Of a DNA stretch of 64,000 nucleotides, positions 8,041-23,300 are shown piece after piece. A model generated the notes under the pieces. The model searched no databases, was not told where the DNA came from, and saw only the letters and a program-made list of their open reading frames with translations. Positions within the stretch are counted from its first letter, which is position 1, and every line of letters begins with the position of its first letter. Source of the stretch: Macrostomum lignano (Eukaryota); NCBI GenBank assembly GCA_002269645.1, contig NIVC01001598.1:115692-179691 (forward strand), read 5' to 3'. The translations under genes were made by a program, and so were the position numbers.

Positions 8041-8313
8041 CATTAAGGTGTGGCATATCACCAGAGGACTCATTATGGTGTGTCATATCACTACAGGACT
8101 CATTAAGGTGTCATATCACCCGAGGACTCATTAAGGTGTGTCATATCACTAGAGGACTCATTAAGGTGTCATATCACCCGAGGACTCATTAAGGTGTGTC
8201 ATGTCACCAGAGGACTCATTGAAGTGTGTCATATCACTAGAGGGCTCAATAAGGTGTGTCATATCACCCGAGGACTCATTAAGGTGTGTCATATCACCAG
8301 AGGACTCATTAAG
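8041..8313. repeat. 28-30 bp minisatellite, ~9 copies
   Basis: CATTAAGGTGTGTCATATCACCAGAGGACT units. Confidence 0.9.
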
Positions 8314-9005
8314 ATGGTGTTAAGAACGTCAGCTTCATTAATGAACAAACAAATTTACAGGCAACTATCATTACACCTTACGCTCGCATGTAAGCGGTGA
8401 AAGCTCAAGTAAGCATTCAATCAGTAGCTCAGCTGACAGCTGAACAAATTTGCATTATATTTGCGGTGGGCCGTGAACACTGATATAATACTGAGCTAAG
8501 TAGCCGTGAGCGCGAACTCTCAAGCACAATTTCGCGAACTCGTTTAAGCAGGTTGCCGCGGCAAAAAAAGCAGAATGAATCTTTTTCAAAAAGCAACAAA
8601 ATGGCAACTGATGCGAGAGGCCAAGCATCCCAGACCAGGGCGGTAGATTGTCGGGTGTGGCACAGACGTTCTTGGGCTGATAACATTCTGATTGGGGCTG
8701 GTAACATTCTTATCCGGCAACATGCGATCTGGATCTTAGAAATAGATTTACAGGGACAAAATAGACACAATTTTGATAGATTTGTAATTTATGCAAAAAT
8801 GCGAAATTAATATTGCAACAGCGAGTGCAAAGGTGAACAATGCAAGGTGATGTGGCGATCAATAAATTGCAATTGCAAAACTAAAAAAGTCTGCATTCCA
8901 AGCTTCGTTGTGACAATTTTGCTTTAAAATTTGTAATAGAGAATATACAAAGGCTTGCAGTGCTTAGCGAGAAGGCACAAAATTAAAAGAAAAAACCACC
9001 TGTCA

Positions 9006-9424
<419 letters not shown>

Positions 9425-9732
9425 GCATGTCAATACGGTCGTATTCAAAATACGAGCTACAATTAAAATCGCATTAAAAAGGCCAGCAAAATTTACCTAA
9501 TTAACTAATTCGCTGTTACAGAGAAGCGAGAAACTCTTGCAGTGCTACTGGCAGTAGCGCAACACGGTGAAGCAAATTATAAAGTAAATAATAAAAAGCA
9601 ATAATTGCCTCGTTACCGCCGAGCGGACTAATTAAGTCAGACTGCGCATCTCTTATTTCTGTTGGTTTTAAATATTCTTTACGTTTCCCAACTGACTTGC
9701 GTTATTAAAGAGCGCTTCAAAATTGACGCTGT

Positions 9733-10290
9733 TCACAGACCATTGATTCACAGATAATCGATTCACAGATCCTCGATTCACAGATTCTAAATTCAAAGAT
9801 TCTCAATTCACAGATTTTAAGTTCACAGATCATCGATTCACAGATTCCAGATTCACAGACCCCAGATCCCAAATTCACAGATCCCAGATTCACAGATCCT
9901 AGATTCACAGATCCCAAATTCACAGATCCCAAATTCACAGATCCCAGATTCACAGATCCTAGATTCACAGATCCCAAATTCACAGATCCCAGATTCACAG
10001 ATCCTAGATTCACAGATCCTAGATTCACAGATTCCAGATTCACAGACCCAGATCCCAAATTCACAGATCCCAGATTCACAGATCCTAGATTCACAGATTC
10101 CAGATTCACAGACCCCAGATCCCAGATTCACAGATCCCAGATTTACAGATATTAGATTTACAGATATTAGATTCACAGATCCCAGATTCACAGATCCCAG
10201 ATTCACAGATCTTAGATTCACAGATCCCAAATTCACAGATCCGAGATTCACAGATCCCAGATTCACAGATCCCAGATTCACAGATTCTAT
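9733..10290. repeat. ~15 bp minisatellite just 3' of the GPCR gene
   Basis: GATTCACAGATCCCA-type units. Confidence 0.92.
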
Positions 10291-10382
10291 ATTTGCTGAT
10301 CTTTGCTCACCTTTTTCATTCATTTGTATAAATTCTATTTACACTGCAGTTGTTCAATAAAATCGCCCGAAGTCAGTCAGGT

Positions 10383-13300
10383 TCAAACTTTGGTCAGCTG
10401 CTCGGTCGGCTTACAATCGGGCACGAGGTACTCGCTGCTGGCCTGCGTATCCGTGACATCGTACAGCAGCTCCCGGCTGCCGGGGCACCTCGCCGGCAAG
10501 GTGTCGATCGGCGGCGGCTCCGGCAGCGGCGACTTCGGGCTGCGCAGCGCCGGTTCCGCCTGGCTGTGCGTGATGTCGAACAGAGACTGGTCGTCGAGTC
10601 GGGTGTCGCCAAATGCCCGACTGTCGAAGAAGCCGGACTCCAACTGCTGCGGCCGCCGGCTGGATTGCTGTCGCCGATCCTGGCCGCGGCAGTCGGGCCT
10701 GTCGATGGCGGCGGCGGCGGTCGGGTCGCAGCAGGAGGTGAAGTTCTCCTCCGTGACCAACGGCGCCTGCGACGGCGCCTCGGTGCCGCGCGAGCCCCGT
10801 GACGCCCAGGCGCTGCTGCCGCTGCCGACGCCGCTGGTGCTGCTGCTCCCTCTGTTGTTGTTGTTGACATTGACGACGACGGGGCAGCCGCAGTCGCCGG
10901 TCAGGCGGGGCGGGGACAGGTTGGACAGGTCGGTGGCCGTGTCCGAGGGCTGCTGCGGCGGCTGCTGCTGATGAAGCCGCAGCTGTTGCTGGCAGTCACG
11001 CCGGTGCTGCCGCTGCGGCTGCTGCTTTCGACGGAAGACGCTGAGCAGCCGCGACAGCTGGCTGGGGAGCCCGCTGTCAGACTGGGAGGACTGGGGGGGG
11101 GGCGCGAATGTTCACGGATTCAAAAATTCACAGATCCTAGCATTTAGAAATGCAAAGTCACGAATGGAAAAATTAAGTAGCTCTCATATTTTCAGATCCT
11201 ACAAATTTCACGAATCTCAACATTCACGAATCTCAACATTCACGAATCTCAACATTCACAAATTTCACAAATTCACAAACATTCACGAATCCCAACATTC
11301 ACAAATCCCAATATTCACAAATTCCAATATTCACAAATTCCAACATTCACGAATCCCAAACAGCATGAAAACCGGGTGCGCCAACCTTGTCAACCAGATA
11401 TCTGGCATCGCCTTCATAGGGCAAATACAGCTGCTGCTGCTGCTGCCCCTGCGGCGGAAGCAGCGGTTGCCGAAGCCGGCCCTGCTGCGCCTTGTTGGCT
11501 GGCGTGGACCCGGAGCCGGGGGCGCTCAGCCTGGCGTTCCTCCGCTGCTCCAGCAGGCGCCGGAGAGAGCCGGGCGTCCGCCTGCCGTCAATGAGGAATT
11601 TCTCCCAGTCCTCGCGGACTCGCTTATGCGCGCACACCTGAGTAGCGAAGATGAAGCAGCCCTGCAGGCCGTTGAGCAGGGTGAACAGGTACTGCGCCAC
11701 TATGAACAGGTGCGTCTCAGCGAATAGAAACATCAGGCCGAGCAGCCAGGTGAGGCCCAGCAGGCAGGCCAGGGTGGCCGTGACCTTCATCTGGCGGCTC
11801 AGGTAGGACAGGCGGAGGCTGGCGGAGGTGGCCGCCGATCCTCCGACAGCATCGGCGGCGTCGCTGCGGGTGCCGGCGAGTCGGCGCATGATGACGGCGA
11901 ACAGGCAGAGGTTGACGAGACAGACGGCCATGGCCGGCCCGATGAAGGCGAAGCTGACGCCGTGGTCGCCGCTCAGCCAGCAGACAGAGGGCCGCAGGAG
12001 GCCGCCGGAGTCCGCGGACGCGTCGGCCTCGGTCTGGATGAGCTGCTCCGGCCTGAGCGCCGCCGTGGGCAGCACGATGAGCAGCGGAGCGACGCCGCTG
12101 GCCAGGCAGTAGTGCCAGAATTTCACCTGTGACCGGCAGAGAGCATGCAGGGGTCAGGTGAGGTCGATGGTTCGAGTTCGGTATGACGTCGGCGGGAGGT
12201 CGTTGAAAAGATCGATCAGAGGTCGGTTTGAGGTCGTTGGGAGTTCGGTTTGAGGTTGTTGGAAGTTCGGTTTGAGGTAGGTTTGAGGTCGGTTTGAGGT
12301 CGGTGGGTGGTCGGTTTGAGGTCAGTGAGAGGTCAGTTTGACGTCGGTTTGAGGTTGGTGGGTCGGTGGGAGGTCGCTTGCAGGTATGTACGTGTGTATG
12401 CTCAGCGGTCATCAGAATTGATTCAACTCAATTTCCTCACCTTGGCAAAGGCAGAGTCCACCCTGGGCAGCACAATCACCAGACTGTGGGTGTACATCAG
12501 GCCCTCGCACAGCAGCCAGCAGAAGGCGCACAGCAGGGCGTACAGAGTCAGCACGGACAGCAGCTTGCAGGCGGCGATGGGGGTGGCTGGCGGCGGAGGG
12601 GAGCGGATGGAGCCTTGCATATAGGGACACTGGCAGTTGTACATAGGTTCTGTGTCTTCTGTCTGCTCCCTCTCCTCTCTATCTCACCTTGCTGTCTCCC
12701 TCTCCTCTCTACCTCACCTCGCTGTCTCCCTCTCCTCTCTACCTCGCTGTCTCCCTCTACTCTACCTCACTGTCTCCCTCTCCTCTCTACCTCACTGTCT
12801 CTCTCTCCTCTCTAGCTCGCTGTCTTCCTCTCCTCTCTATCTCACCTTGCTGTCTCCCTCTCCTCTCTACCTCACCTCGCTGTCTCTCTCTCCTCTCTAG
12901 CTCGCTGTCTCCCTCTCCTCTCTACCTCACCTCGCTGTCTCCCTCTCCTCTCTACCCCGCTGTCTCCCTCTCCTCTCTACCCCGCTGTCTCCCTCTCCTC
13001 TCTACCCCGCTGTCTCCCTCTCCTCTCTACCTCGCTGTCTCCCTCTCTTCTCTATCCACCTCAGCCAATACTTTCAATCTCAGTGCCATTCCCGATTACT
13101 ATCTAACCCACAGAGGTCGCAGACTCCCCAGAGCAGGATACGCACCATCAAGCGGCTGGAACGCGGCCAAAAACAGCGCCTGGCCCAGCATGAGGGCCAG
13201 ACAAAGACTCCGGTGCACCCGATGCAGAGTGGCGATGGACTTGTCAGCCATGGGAGTCTGCATCCGAACCACAATATAGGTGATGGAGGTGAGCAGCAGG

Positions 13301-16300
13301 CAGACAATGGAGACGGACAGGCAAATCCAGGTGAGAATTCTCAGTGGCTCCGAGTGCAGCCGCCACAGGCGGTGAGTCTCCACGCCGAGCCAGGCGGTGC
13401 CGGGCAGCACCGTGACGGCAAAGCTGCTCAGGTGGCGGCAGAGGCAGGCGGTGACAGTCGGGCTCGAGAGCTCAACGGCCACCCGGCAGCCGCTTGGAGA
13501 CAGGAACTCGGGGGGCGAGGAGGCAGCGGCTGCGGTTTGCGAAGGCGGCGGCAGGAGGTGCACGCACTGGCGGAGCTGCCCGGAGATGCGGCTGTGCGGG
13601 ATCAGCAGCAGCACCTCGGCTGCCGGCTGGCCCGATGAGGCGGCGTCTGCAAAAGTCATTGTCAAGGGCAGGTTAGATCCCAGATCCTAGATCCCAAATC
13701 CCAGATCCCAGATCCCAGATCCTAGATTCTAGATCCCAGATCCCAGATCCCAAATCCCAGATCCTAGATCCCAAATCCCAGATCCCAGATCCCAAATCCC
13801 AGATCCTAGATCCCAGATCCCAGATCCCAGATCCCAGATCCTAGATCCCAGATCCCAGATCCTAGATCCCAGATCCCAGATCCCAGATCCCAGATCCTAG
13901 ATCCCAGATCCCAGATCCCAGATCTCAGATCTCAGATCCCAGATCCTAGATCCTAGATCCCAGATCCCAGATATCAGATCCCAGATTCCAGATCCCAGAT
14001 CCCAGGTGCAGTCACTCACCGAGCCTCTCACCGCCAGAGTACAGGGTAGCCTGAATCACATTGGATACCACAGGCTGCTTGGCCGTGCCCAGTCTCCGGG
14101 TCAGATGCGGCAGATTTAGCACGGTGGTTACCATGGAAACGGCGGTGCCCTGGGCCGAATCGGAGAGCAGACGAAGCTTTACAGTTGAACTGCGATCAGC
14201 TGACCGCACCAGCTGGGTGCCGTCTGGACGCAGCCGCTGCACTGACACGGCTGTGGGAGATTCGCATATGCGATGCATCAGTAATGTACTTTAGATTTGC
14301 ATGGAGCGCTTAAGTGCGTTGGGATCGTTTAGGTGATTTTAAAGGGCTAGAAAAATTGGATGTAGGAATCTGTGTGAGGATCTAAGATCTGGGAGGATTT
14401 TAATTTCGGTGTAATTGAGATCTGACAGTATTTGAAATATTATAGCACTTAAGTTAAGGGATCTGGGTGTATTCGGGATCTGTGAGCATCTGGCACCTGT
14501 GAGCATTTGAGATCTGTGAGCATTTGGGATCTGTGAGCATCTGACATCTGTGAGTATTTGGGATCTGTGAGTATTTGGGATCTGTGAGCATCTGGGATCT
14601 GTGAGCATATGGCACCTGTGAGCATTTGAGATCTGTGAGCATCTTGGATCTGTGAGCATCTTGGATCTGTGAGCATCTTGGATCGGTGAGCATCTGGGAT
14701 CTGTGAGCATATGGCACCTGTGAGCATTTGAGATCTGTGAGCATCTTGGATCTGTGAGCATCTTGGATCTGTGAGCATCTTGGATCTGTGAGCATCTTGG
14801 ATCGGTGAGCATCTGGGATCTGTGAGCATCTTGGATCTGTGAGCATCTTGGATCGGTGAGCATCTTGGATCGGTGAGCATCTTGGATCGGTGAGCATCTG
14901 GGATCTGTGAAAAGGATGGATCTGAGAAGTCTTAAATCCAGGGATTTATTAGTTTTCAAAATCATTGGAAGAGATTCATGGTAAAGCATGTCCCTGACCC
15001 GCTAGCTGCCGTTTCCAGATCAGGAAATTCGTCATCGCAGCCTCAGCCTCCCCAGCCTCACCGATTCCGGACGCGGCGGCGCCGAAGCCCGGCCGGGCGA
15101 ACTGCAGGCCCCGCCCGATGTCGTCCAGGCCGGCCAGTACGGAGCTCGCCGCCGCGGCGAGGCTGCGGGACTCGGCCTCCGACTCGGGCGCGTCCGACCC
15201 GGCCAGCAGGCCTTTGCCGGCAAACTCGGCCACAGTGTCCAGCAGGTGGCCGACTGTCCGGCTAAGCTGTCCGGCGCCGAGCTCGGAGCCGTTGGCGCCG
15301 GCCGGCAGTTGGGCGGCCAGCAGGCTGGCGAACTGGCGCACCTGGCCGAGGTCGCGGAACGGCTGCGATTTGGCAAAGCCGGACAGCATGCGGGCCCGGA
15401 CGGCCGGCTGGGAGACGCGCGAGATCTGGGCGAGAGCGAGGGCGATACGGTTGGACTGAGATGGGCCATGGACAGCTTTTGAGACGCATGGTTTATAGAA
15501 CTGCAGGTGTAGAAACCCACATCTGGAGTAAATCTACAGATGCACATAAAATTTGCCGATGTGTACATCGAAAATTTTTTACATGAGGTACCTTCTAAAG
15601 TTACATGATGTACATACTAAAGTTGCATGATGTACATACTAAAGTTACATGATGTAGATACTAAAGTAACGTATTGTACATTCTAAAGTTTACATGGTTT
15701 TCATCCTAAAGTTACATGATGTACATCCTAAAGTTACATGATGTACATCCTAAAGTTACATGATGTACGAGTACATCCTAAAGTTACATGATATAAATCC
15801 TAAAGTTACATGGTGTGTACCTTAAAGCTACATGATTTGCATCCTAAAGTTACATGGTGTGTACCCTAAAGTTACATGATTTGCATCCTAAAGTTACATG
15901 GTGTGTACCCTAAAGTTACATGATATACATTCTAAAGTTATATGGTGTGTACCCTAAAGTTACATGATATACATTCTAAAGTTACATGATGTACATTCTT
16001 AAGTTACATGATGTGCATTCTAAAGTTACATGTTATAAATCCAAAAGTTACATGATTTTTGTATCCTAAAGTTACATAATGTACATTCTAAAATTACATG
16101 ATGTGCATCCTAAAGTTACATGGTTTTCATCCCAAATTTAAATTGATGCACATACCAAGTACATTGGCGTACATCCCAAAGTTTTATTATTGAATAAGCT
16201 TTTTGTAGAACTTGCTAATATTACAATATCTCAGATAAAATGTGAAATATGAGAAGCACCACTAGCTGCTTATCGATAAAGAAAGAGTGTAAAAAACCGC

Positions 16301-18871
16301 TAAGCAAACAGAGCAACCTGGCATGCTTGCCAATCGGAAGTCTAAACGAGGTTCCCAGCGTGACCCGACAGAATTTTTATCAGACTCGGAGCTTATCGCT
16401 CAGGACAGGCCAGTTGGGGGGGGGGGCTTGAGTCAATCATGGACTCCTAGATTCTACTTAAATAAATATAGTGCTTAAATATAGTCGTCCATGAGTCAAT
16501 AAAACTTTGAGGCCATCGGAGGTAAGCTAAACAGAATTATATATTATATCATAAACTCTGCAAAACGGTACATGCATCATGTCTAACTGCAACTCATTAC
16601 ACTGGACAAAGTTGATTATCGGGTAGAACTTATAGATGCATCTGTTTTGCATTGCTAATGTACTCGTAACATGCGTGCCTGTCTGTAACTAATGAATAAC
16701 CCATGCTCAATGCTCAGTGCAACACAAAAGTATTTATTCATATCATTAATACGCTCGTATATTGACGATTATTATTCATCTTTCTTCAGATAGAGAAGGG
16801 CCCAAATTCGCTAGATTAACAATCCACATGGGCTAGATTAGCAATCCACATTGGCTAAATTAGCAATCCACATGGGCTAAATTAGCAATCCACATGGGCT
16901 AGATTAGCAATCCACATGGGCTAAATTAGCAATCCACATGGGCTAGATTAGCAATCCACATTGGCTAAATTAGCAATCCACATGGGCTAAATTAGCAATC
17001 CACATGGGCTAGATTAGCAATCCACATGGGCTAAATTAGCAATCCACATGGGCTAGATTAGCAATCCACATGGGCTAGATTAGCAATCCACACTAGATTA
17101 GCAATCCACATGGACTAGATTAGCAATCCACATGGGCTAGATTAGCAATCCACATGCACTAGATTAGCAATCCACATGGGTTAGATTAGCAATCCACATG
17201 GGCTAGATTAGCAATCCACATGGGCTAGATTAGCAATCCACATGGGTTAGATTAGCAATCCACATGGGCTAGATTAGCAATCCACACTAGATTAGCAATC
17301 GACAAGGGCTAGATTAGCAATCCATATGAACTAGATCTAGATTAGCAATCCATATGAACTAGATCTAGATTAGCAATCCACATGGGCTAGATTAGCAATC
17401 CACATGGGTTAGATTAGCAATCCACATGGGTTAGATTAGCAATCCACATGGGCTAGATTAGCAATCCACACTAGATTAGCAATCGACAAGGGCTAGATTA
17501 GCAATCCATATGAACTAGATCTAGATTAGCAATCCATATGAACTAGATCTAGATTAGCAATCCACATGGGCTAGATTAGCAATCCACATGGGTTAGATTA
17601 GCAATCCACATGGGCTAGATTAGCAATCCACACTAGATTAGCAATCGACAAGGGCTAGATTAGCAATCCATATGAACTAGATCTAGATTAGCAATCCACA
17701 TGGGTTAGATTAGCAATCCACATGGGCTAGATTACAATCCACACTAGATTAGCAATCTACAAGGGCTAGATTAGCAATCCACATAGGCTAGATTAGCAAT
17801 CAACAAGGGCTATATTAGCAATCCACATGGGCTAGATTAGCAATCCATATGGGCTAGATTAGCAATCCACATGGACTAGATTAGCAATCAACAAGGGCTA
17901 GATTAGCAATCCACATGCACTAGATTAGCAATCCACATGGGCTAGATTAGCAATCCACATGAACTGGATTAGCAATATACATGGACTGGATTAGCAATCC
18001 ACATGGACTGGATTAGCAATCCACGTGGACTGGATTAGCAATCCACATGGACTGGATTAGCAATCCACATGCACTGGATTAGCAATCCACATGGACTGGA
18101 TTAGCAATCCACATGGACTGGATTAGCAATCCACATGCACTAGATTAGCAATCCACATGCACCAGATTAGCAATCCACATGGGCTCACCTCCACTCGCAT
18201 GCCGCTAGTGGAGTTGGGCAGCAGGGCACAGGAGCCATCAGCCCGCTGGTACACTGACGCCAGGTGCTCGGCGAGCTGCCTGCACTCCTGCCCGGTGAGG
18301 TCGGCGAGGGTCTCGCAGAAGCCCGTCAACGGGTTCAGCACGGTGCGCGGCGGCGAGCAGACGGGCAGCGGAGGCGAGCCTGGGGTGGGCGAGAAGGCGA
18401 CGGCTAATAGCGATTCGCGAAAACCACCGCCAGCGCCGTTCAAGCGACGCAGTTCGCGGGGCAGTCGAGACGGAATTTAAAAATTGCGGAAAGCAAACAG
18501 TGCAAATTTCTTCTTATTAAAAAAACGTAGAAGATGCGCAGAAAAAGGCCGGCAATATTGTAGCGCAATAGCAAATCGAGTGTTTCGAAAAATACACTAT
18601 AGAATGGCTGCAATCGCATTTCAGCCATCATCAGCTGCGCCAATTCTGCCTGGTGAGGGGTGGGGCGGATTGATAAAGCGGGCAGTAATGAATGCGCGCA
18701 ACTGATACACGATATTGGCATGCTGGCTGGGATCGCCAAACAACTCGAAACTGCATGGGGGACTGCTACAGACCCTTGGGTGTTCCGTCTGCAATGGGAC
18801 GCACTAAAAAAGACAGAAACAGACAGATGGGAAGAAACAGACACAGAAAGACAAGACAAGACAGACAGACC

Positions 18872-18957
<86 letters not shown>

Positions 18958-19021
18958 GACAGACAGACAGACAGACAGGCAGACAGACAGATAGACAGAC
19001 AGACAGACAGACTGATCTGAT

Positions 19022-19066
<45 letters not shown>

Positions 19067-20243
19067 CAGACAGACAGACACAGACAGACAGGACAGGCAG
19101 GCAGAAACAGACAAACAGGGCAGGCAGGCAGAAACAGACAAACAGACAGAAACAGACACAGGCAGACACAGACAGAAACAGACACAGCAGACACAGATAG
19201 ACAGAAACAGACACAGGCAGACACAAACAGGCAGAAACAGACACAGGCAGACACAAACAGGCAGAAACAGACACAGGCAGACAGACAGACAGAAACAGAC
19301 ACAGGCAGACACAGACAAACAGAAACAGACACAGGCAGACACAAACAGACAGAAACAGACACATGCAGACAGAAACAGGCAGAAACAGACACAGGCAGAC
19401 ACAGACAGAAACAGACACAGCAGACACAAACAGACAGAAACAGACACAGGCAGACAGACAGAAACAGACACAGGCAGACAGACAGACAGAAACAGACACA
19501 GGCAGACACAGACAGACAGACACAGACAGGCAGACACAGACAGACTAGCACAAGAGCAGAGCAGCTCAGCGGTCTGACTATCCCACCAAGGTACCCGGGT
19601 TCGATTCCGTGCGCAGCCAACCGCCAAGCCCCAAAGCACAGAGTGCTCATGCCCGACAATGAGAAGACAGGGCGGCTGTACACCCTGTGTAAGTGCGTGC
19701 TCAGGGGTTAGCGGAGTGAGCCTGACTGCTTGCCCTCGCACCTTCACTCGCATTGCATAGCGGACATAGGTACAGCTGAATAAAGCAGCCGCACACGCAC
19801 ATGCCATATGCTCCGTATCGGTCCATTCACCGCAGCTCCAGTCTTCCCAGCAACCCAGCAGCTTGGGGGAAAATTTATTTCCCAAAGTCCAAGGGGGCGC
19901 AGCGCCCCCAACTTGAATACGAGCGCCCCGCCCCCCGGCTATCATGGAAATTTTTCATTTAGGATTTTCTAACGCCGGGCAGGGGAGATCCGGGCTGAAA
20001 GGGGATTCGGAAAGACGACGAAGACAGAAAGGAGTGGGGAGACCGGAATGGGGGAGAGGGAGAAGCAAAGGCCAGTGCCATGATTTATTAGCGCGTGGTC
20101 AAAGCTGCACTCCCGACTGCAGACTGCCTGTCCAACTGGGCTCTTAATTGGCAGCCAACCAGACTGAAGACTGTCCGGTTCTGGCTGCTTCCTGGCTGGG
20201 TGGCAACTGCAAGTCCAGACAGTGCTGAAATATGCTAACGGAC

Positions 20244-20284
<41 letters not shown>

Positions 20285-20290
20285 GGCAGG

Positions 20291-20373
<83 letters not shown>

Positions 20374-23300
20374 TCTCACAGACCGGGCCACCCAGCAACA
20401 AAAGCAGGGGCTACATCAAAGCAAACAAAAAAGCTGATATGATGTAAGCAAAATCTGAATAATTAACAAAATCACAAAGCCTGAAGCACGGCTTCTCTGA
20501 ACTGAAAACAAACGGGGAAACCAGAAGCCGTAAAATTTTACCCACTAGATGGTTTTGTTGTCATGGCAACAGAGCTAGTAGTCATGGTTGATGCCAGCAA
20601 TTTTATTGTGGTGCTTTTCACCTCAGCTGGCTTAGTGACCTGTTCTGTGCGTGCTCTCGCAGTTGCTGCTGCCTGGGTTGCTATGGTAACAGAAAGCAAA
20701 GGACAAACAATTATATATTATGAGTGAACTTTTAGCCAACAGTTGCCATATAAATTATCAACAATCAACTACCAGCTGCTATGGCAACTAATTAACGCTT
20801 TCCTTTATTTAAGGTTTCTATGACTACTGGTTGCTATAGCAATTATACTAATGAATTAGCAGTATTTAATCAACTTAATAATTACTTGTCTGAGTGGCAG
20901 CGGTAGCCTCAGTAGATGACTCATCACGGCGAGGAACCTTAGTGACGTCATCACTTGGAATGGCCAATTCTAAAAATTTGATTCATTTTTTAAAAATAAA
21001 ATTATTTAATCACAATTTTTTTTGTTGGCAGATCTGCACAATTATTTGTCAGCAATCAATGAAAGCAGAAATTGTTTACAAATTATGCAAAAAACAATCA
21101 TCGTCTTGAAATTTAAAAGCATTTTTAAAGCGAATTTGCGTGGAAATCAAGTTGATCGACTGGGCAATTATTCAACAAAAAATTAACAATCGAAAATAGC
21201 GATTCCGGTTAAAACTATCTAAAAGATTTTTTTGTGCTATGTAATGCTTATACATATATTATGAAGTTGCATTGCTGAAAATTCTTAGCTAATGAAGTAC
21301 TGAGCAGACGGCTGTTTTAGAGCAGTTTCTTGTGCCACTGTGGCATTGCAGTGTACTCCGCAGTTATGGAACATGGGTTAGACAGGGTCTCAATGGTGGA
21401 ACATGGGTTAGACAGGGTCTCAATGGTGGAACATGAGTTAGACAGGGTCTCAATGATTTGATTTTATGTATTTGTGTTTCATTAAAAAAATCGAGCCCGC
21501 TTCTCTAAAAAGATGGCGTACAGAGAACTTCGGCAAGGTCGCATCTAGGCGCCGGTGAATTGCTTACACAGGCGGCCATACTTACTACAGTAGAAGGAAA
21601 TGGACAGCTTTTTACGCCGCTTAGGGCACTGGTCGAACACAGATGACAGGGACTCCGGATTGTGAATGCTGCAGTTAACTGGCCTAGAGTTAAAGCAGCT
21701 AGTCCTGCGGCACATTGGTTAGAAGGCGTGCGGCGACAATGGTAGGCGACAATATGCAATAACAGTACACGAAAGAATACGCAAGCAGTCAGCACTATAA
21801 AAAGGCCTTTTTGAGTGACACTTATTAAACAGGTGCGCAGACTAACTACATCTTGATAAGAGTTAGTGTCACGTGTAACTGTGCATCAAATTCTATAAAT
21901 AGAAATTTTATATTGAGCAAGGAAAGTACAGCTAATGCAACAAAATAAAATTTGTGGCATCGTGACAAATTGATTAATTTTATTGCATTTCATCAATTGT
22001 TTTAATTCATGCGATGCGGAGCTCTAAACAATGAGGGGTGGTGGCGGTCACTGAGGAATGGGGGTGGTGGCGGTCACTGAGGAATGGGGGGTGGTGTCGG
22101 CCACTGAGGAATGGGGGTGGCGGCCACTGAGGAATGGGGGCGGTGGTGGCCACTGAGGAATGGGGGTAGCAGCCACTGAGGAATAGTGGGTGGCGGCCAC
22201 TGAGGAATGGGGGTGGCAGCCACTGAGGAATAGAGGGTGGCGGCCACTGAGGAATGGGGGTGGTGGCGGCCACTGAGGAATGGGGGTGGTGGCGGTCACT
22301 GAGGAATGGAGGTGGTGGCGGTCACTGAGGAATGGGGGGTGGTGTCGGCCACTGAGGAATGGGGGTGGCGGCCACTGAGGAATGGGGGTGGTGGTGGCCA
22401 CTGAGGAATGGGGGTAGCAGCCACTGAGGAATGGGGGTGGCAGCTACTGAGGAATGGGGTGGCAGCCACTGAGGAATGGGGGTGGCAGCCACTGAGGAAT
22501 AGTGGGTGGCGGCTATTGAGGAATGGGGGTGGGGTGGCGGCCACTGAGGAATGGGGGTGGGGTGGCGGCCACTGAGGAATGGGGGTGGCAGCCACTGAGG
22601 AATGGGGGTGGCAGCCACTGAGGAATAGTGGGTGGCGGCCACTGAGGAATGGGGGTGGCAGCCACTGAGGAATAGTGGGTGGCGGCCACTGAGGAATGGG
22701 GGTGGCAGCCACTGAGGAATAGTGGGTGGCGGCCACTGAGGAATGGGGGTGGCAGCCACTGAGGAATAGTGGGTGGCGGCCACTGAGGAATGGGGTTGGG
22801 GTGGCGGCCACTGAGGAATGGGGGTAGCAGCCACTGAGGAATAGTGGGTGGCGGCCACTGAGGAATGGGGGTAGCAGCCACTGAGGAATAGTGGGTGGCG
22901 GCCACTGAGGAATGGGGGTGGCAGCCATTGAGGAATAGTGGGTGGCGGCCACTGAGGAATGGGGTGGCAGCCACTGAGGAATAGTAGGTGGCGGCCACTG
23001 AGGAATGGGGGTGGTGGTGGCCACTGAGGAATGGGGGTAGCAGCCACTGAGGAATGGGGGTGGCAGCTACTGAGGAATGGGGTGGCAGCCACTGAGGAAT
23101 GGGGGTGGCAGCCACTGAGGAATAGTGGGTGGCGGCTATTGAGGAATGGGGTGGGGTGGCGGCCACTGAGGAATGGGGGTGGGGTGGCGGCCACTGAGGA
23201 ATGGGGGTGGCAGCCACTGAGGAATGGGGGTGGCAGCCACTGAGGAATAGTGGGTGGCGGCCACTGAGGAATAGTGGGTGGCGGCCACTGAGGAATGGGG

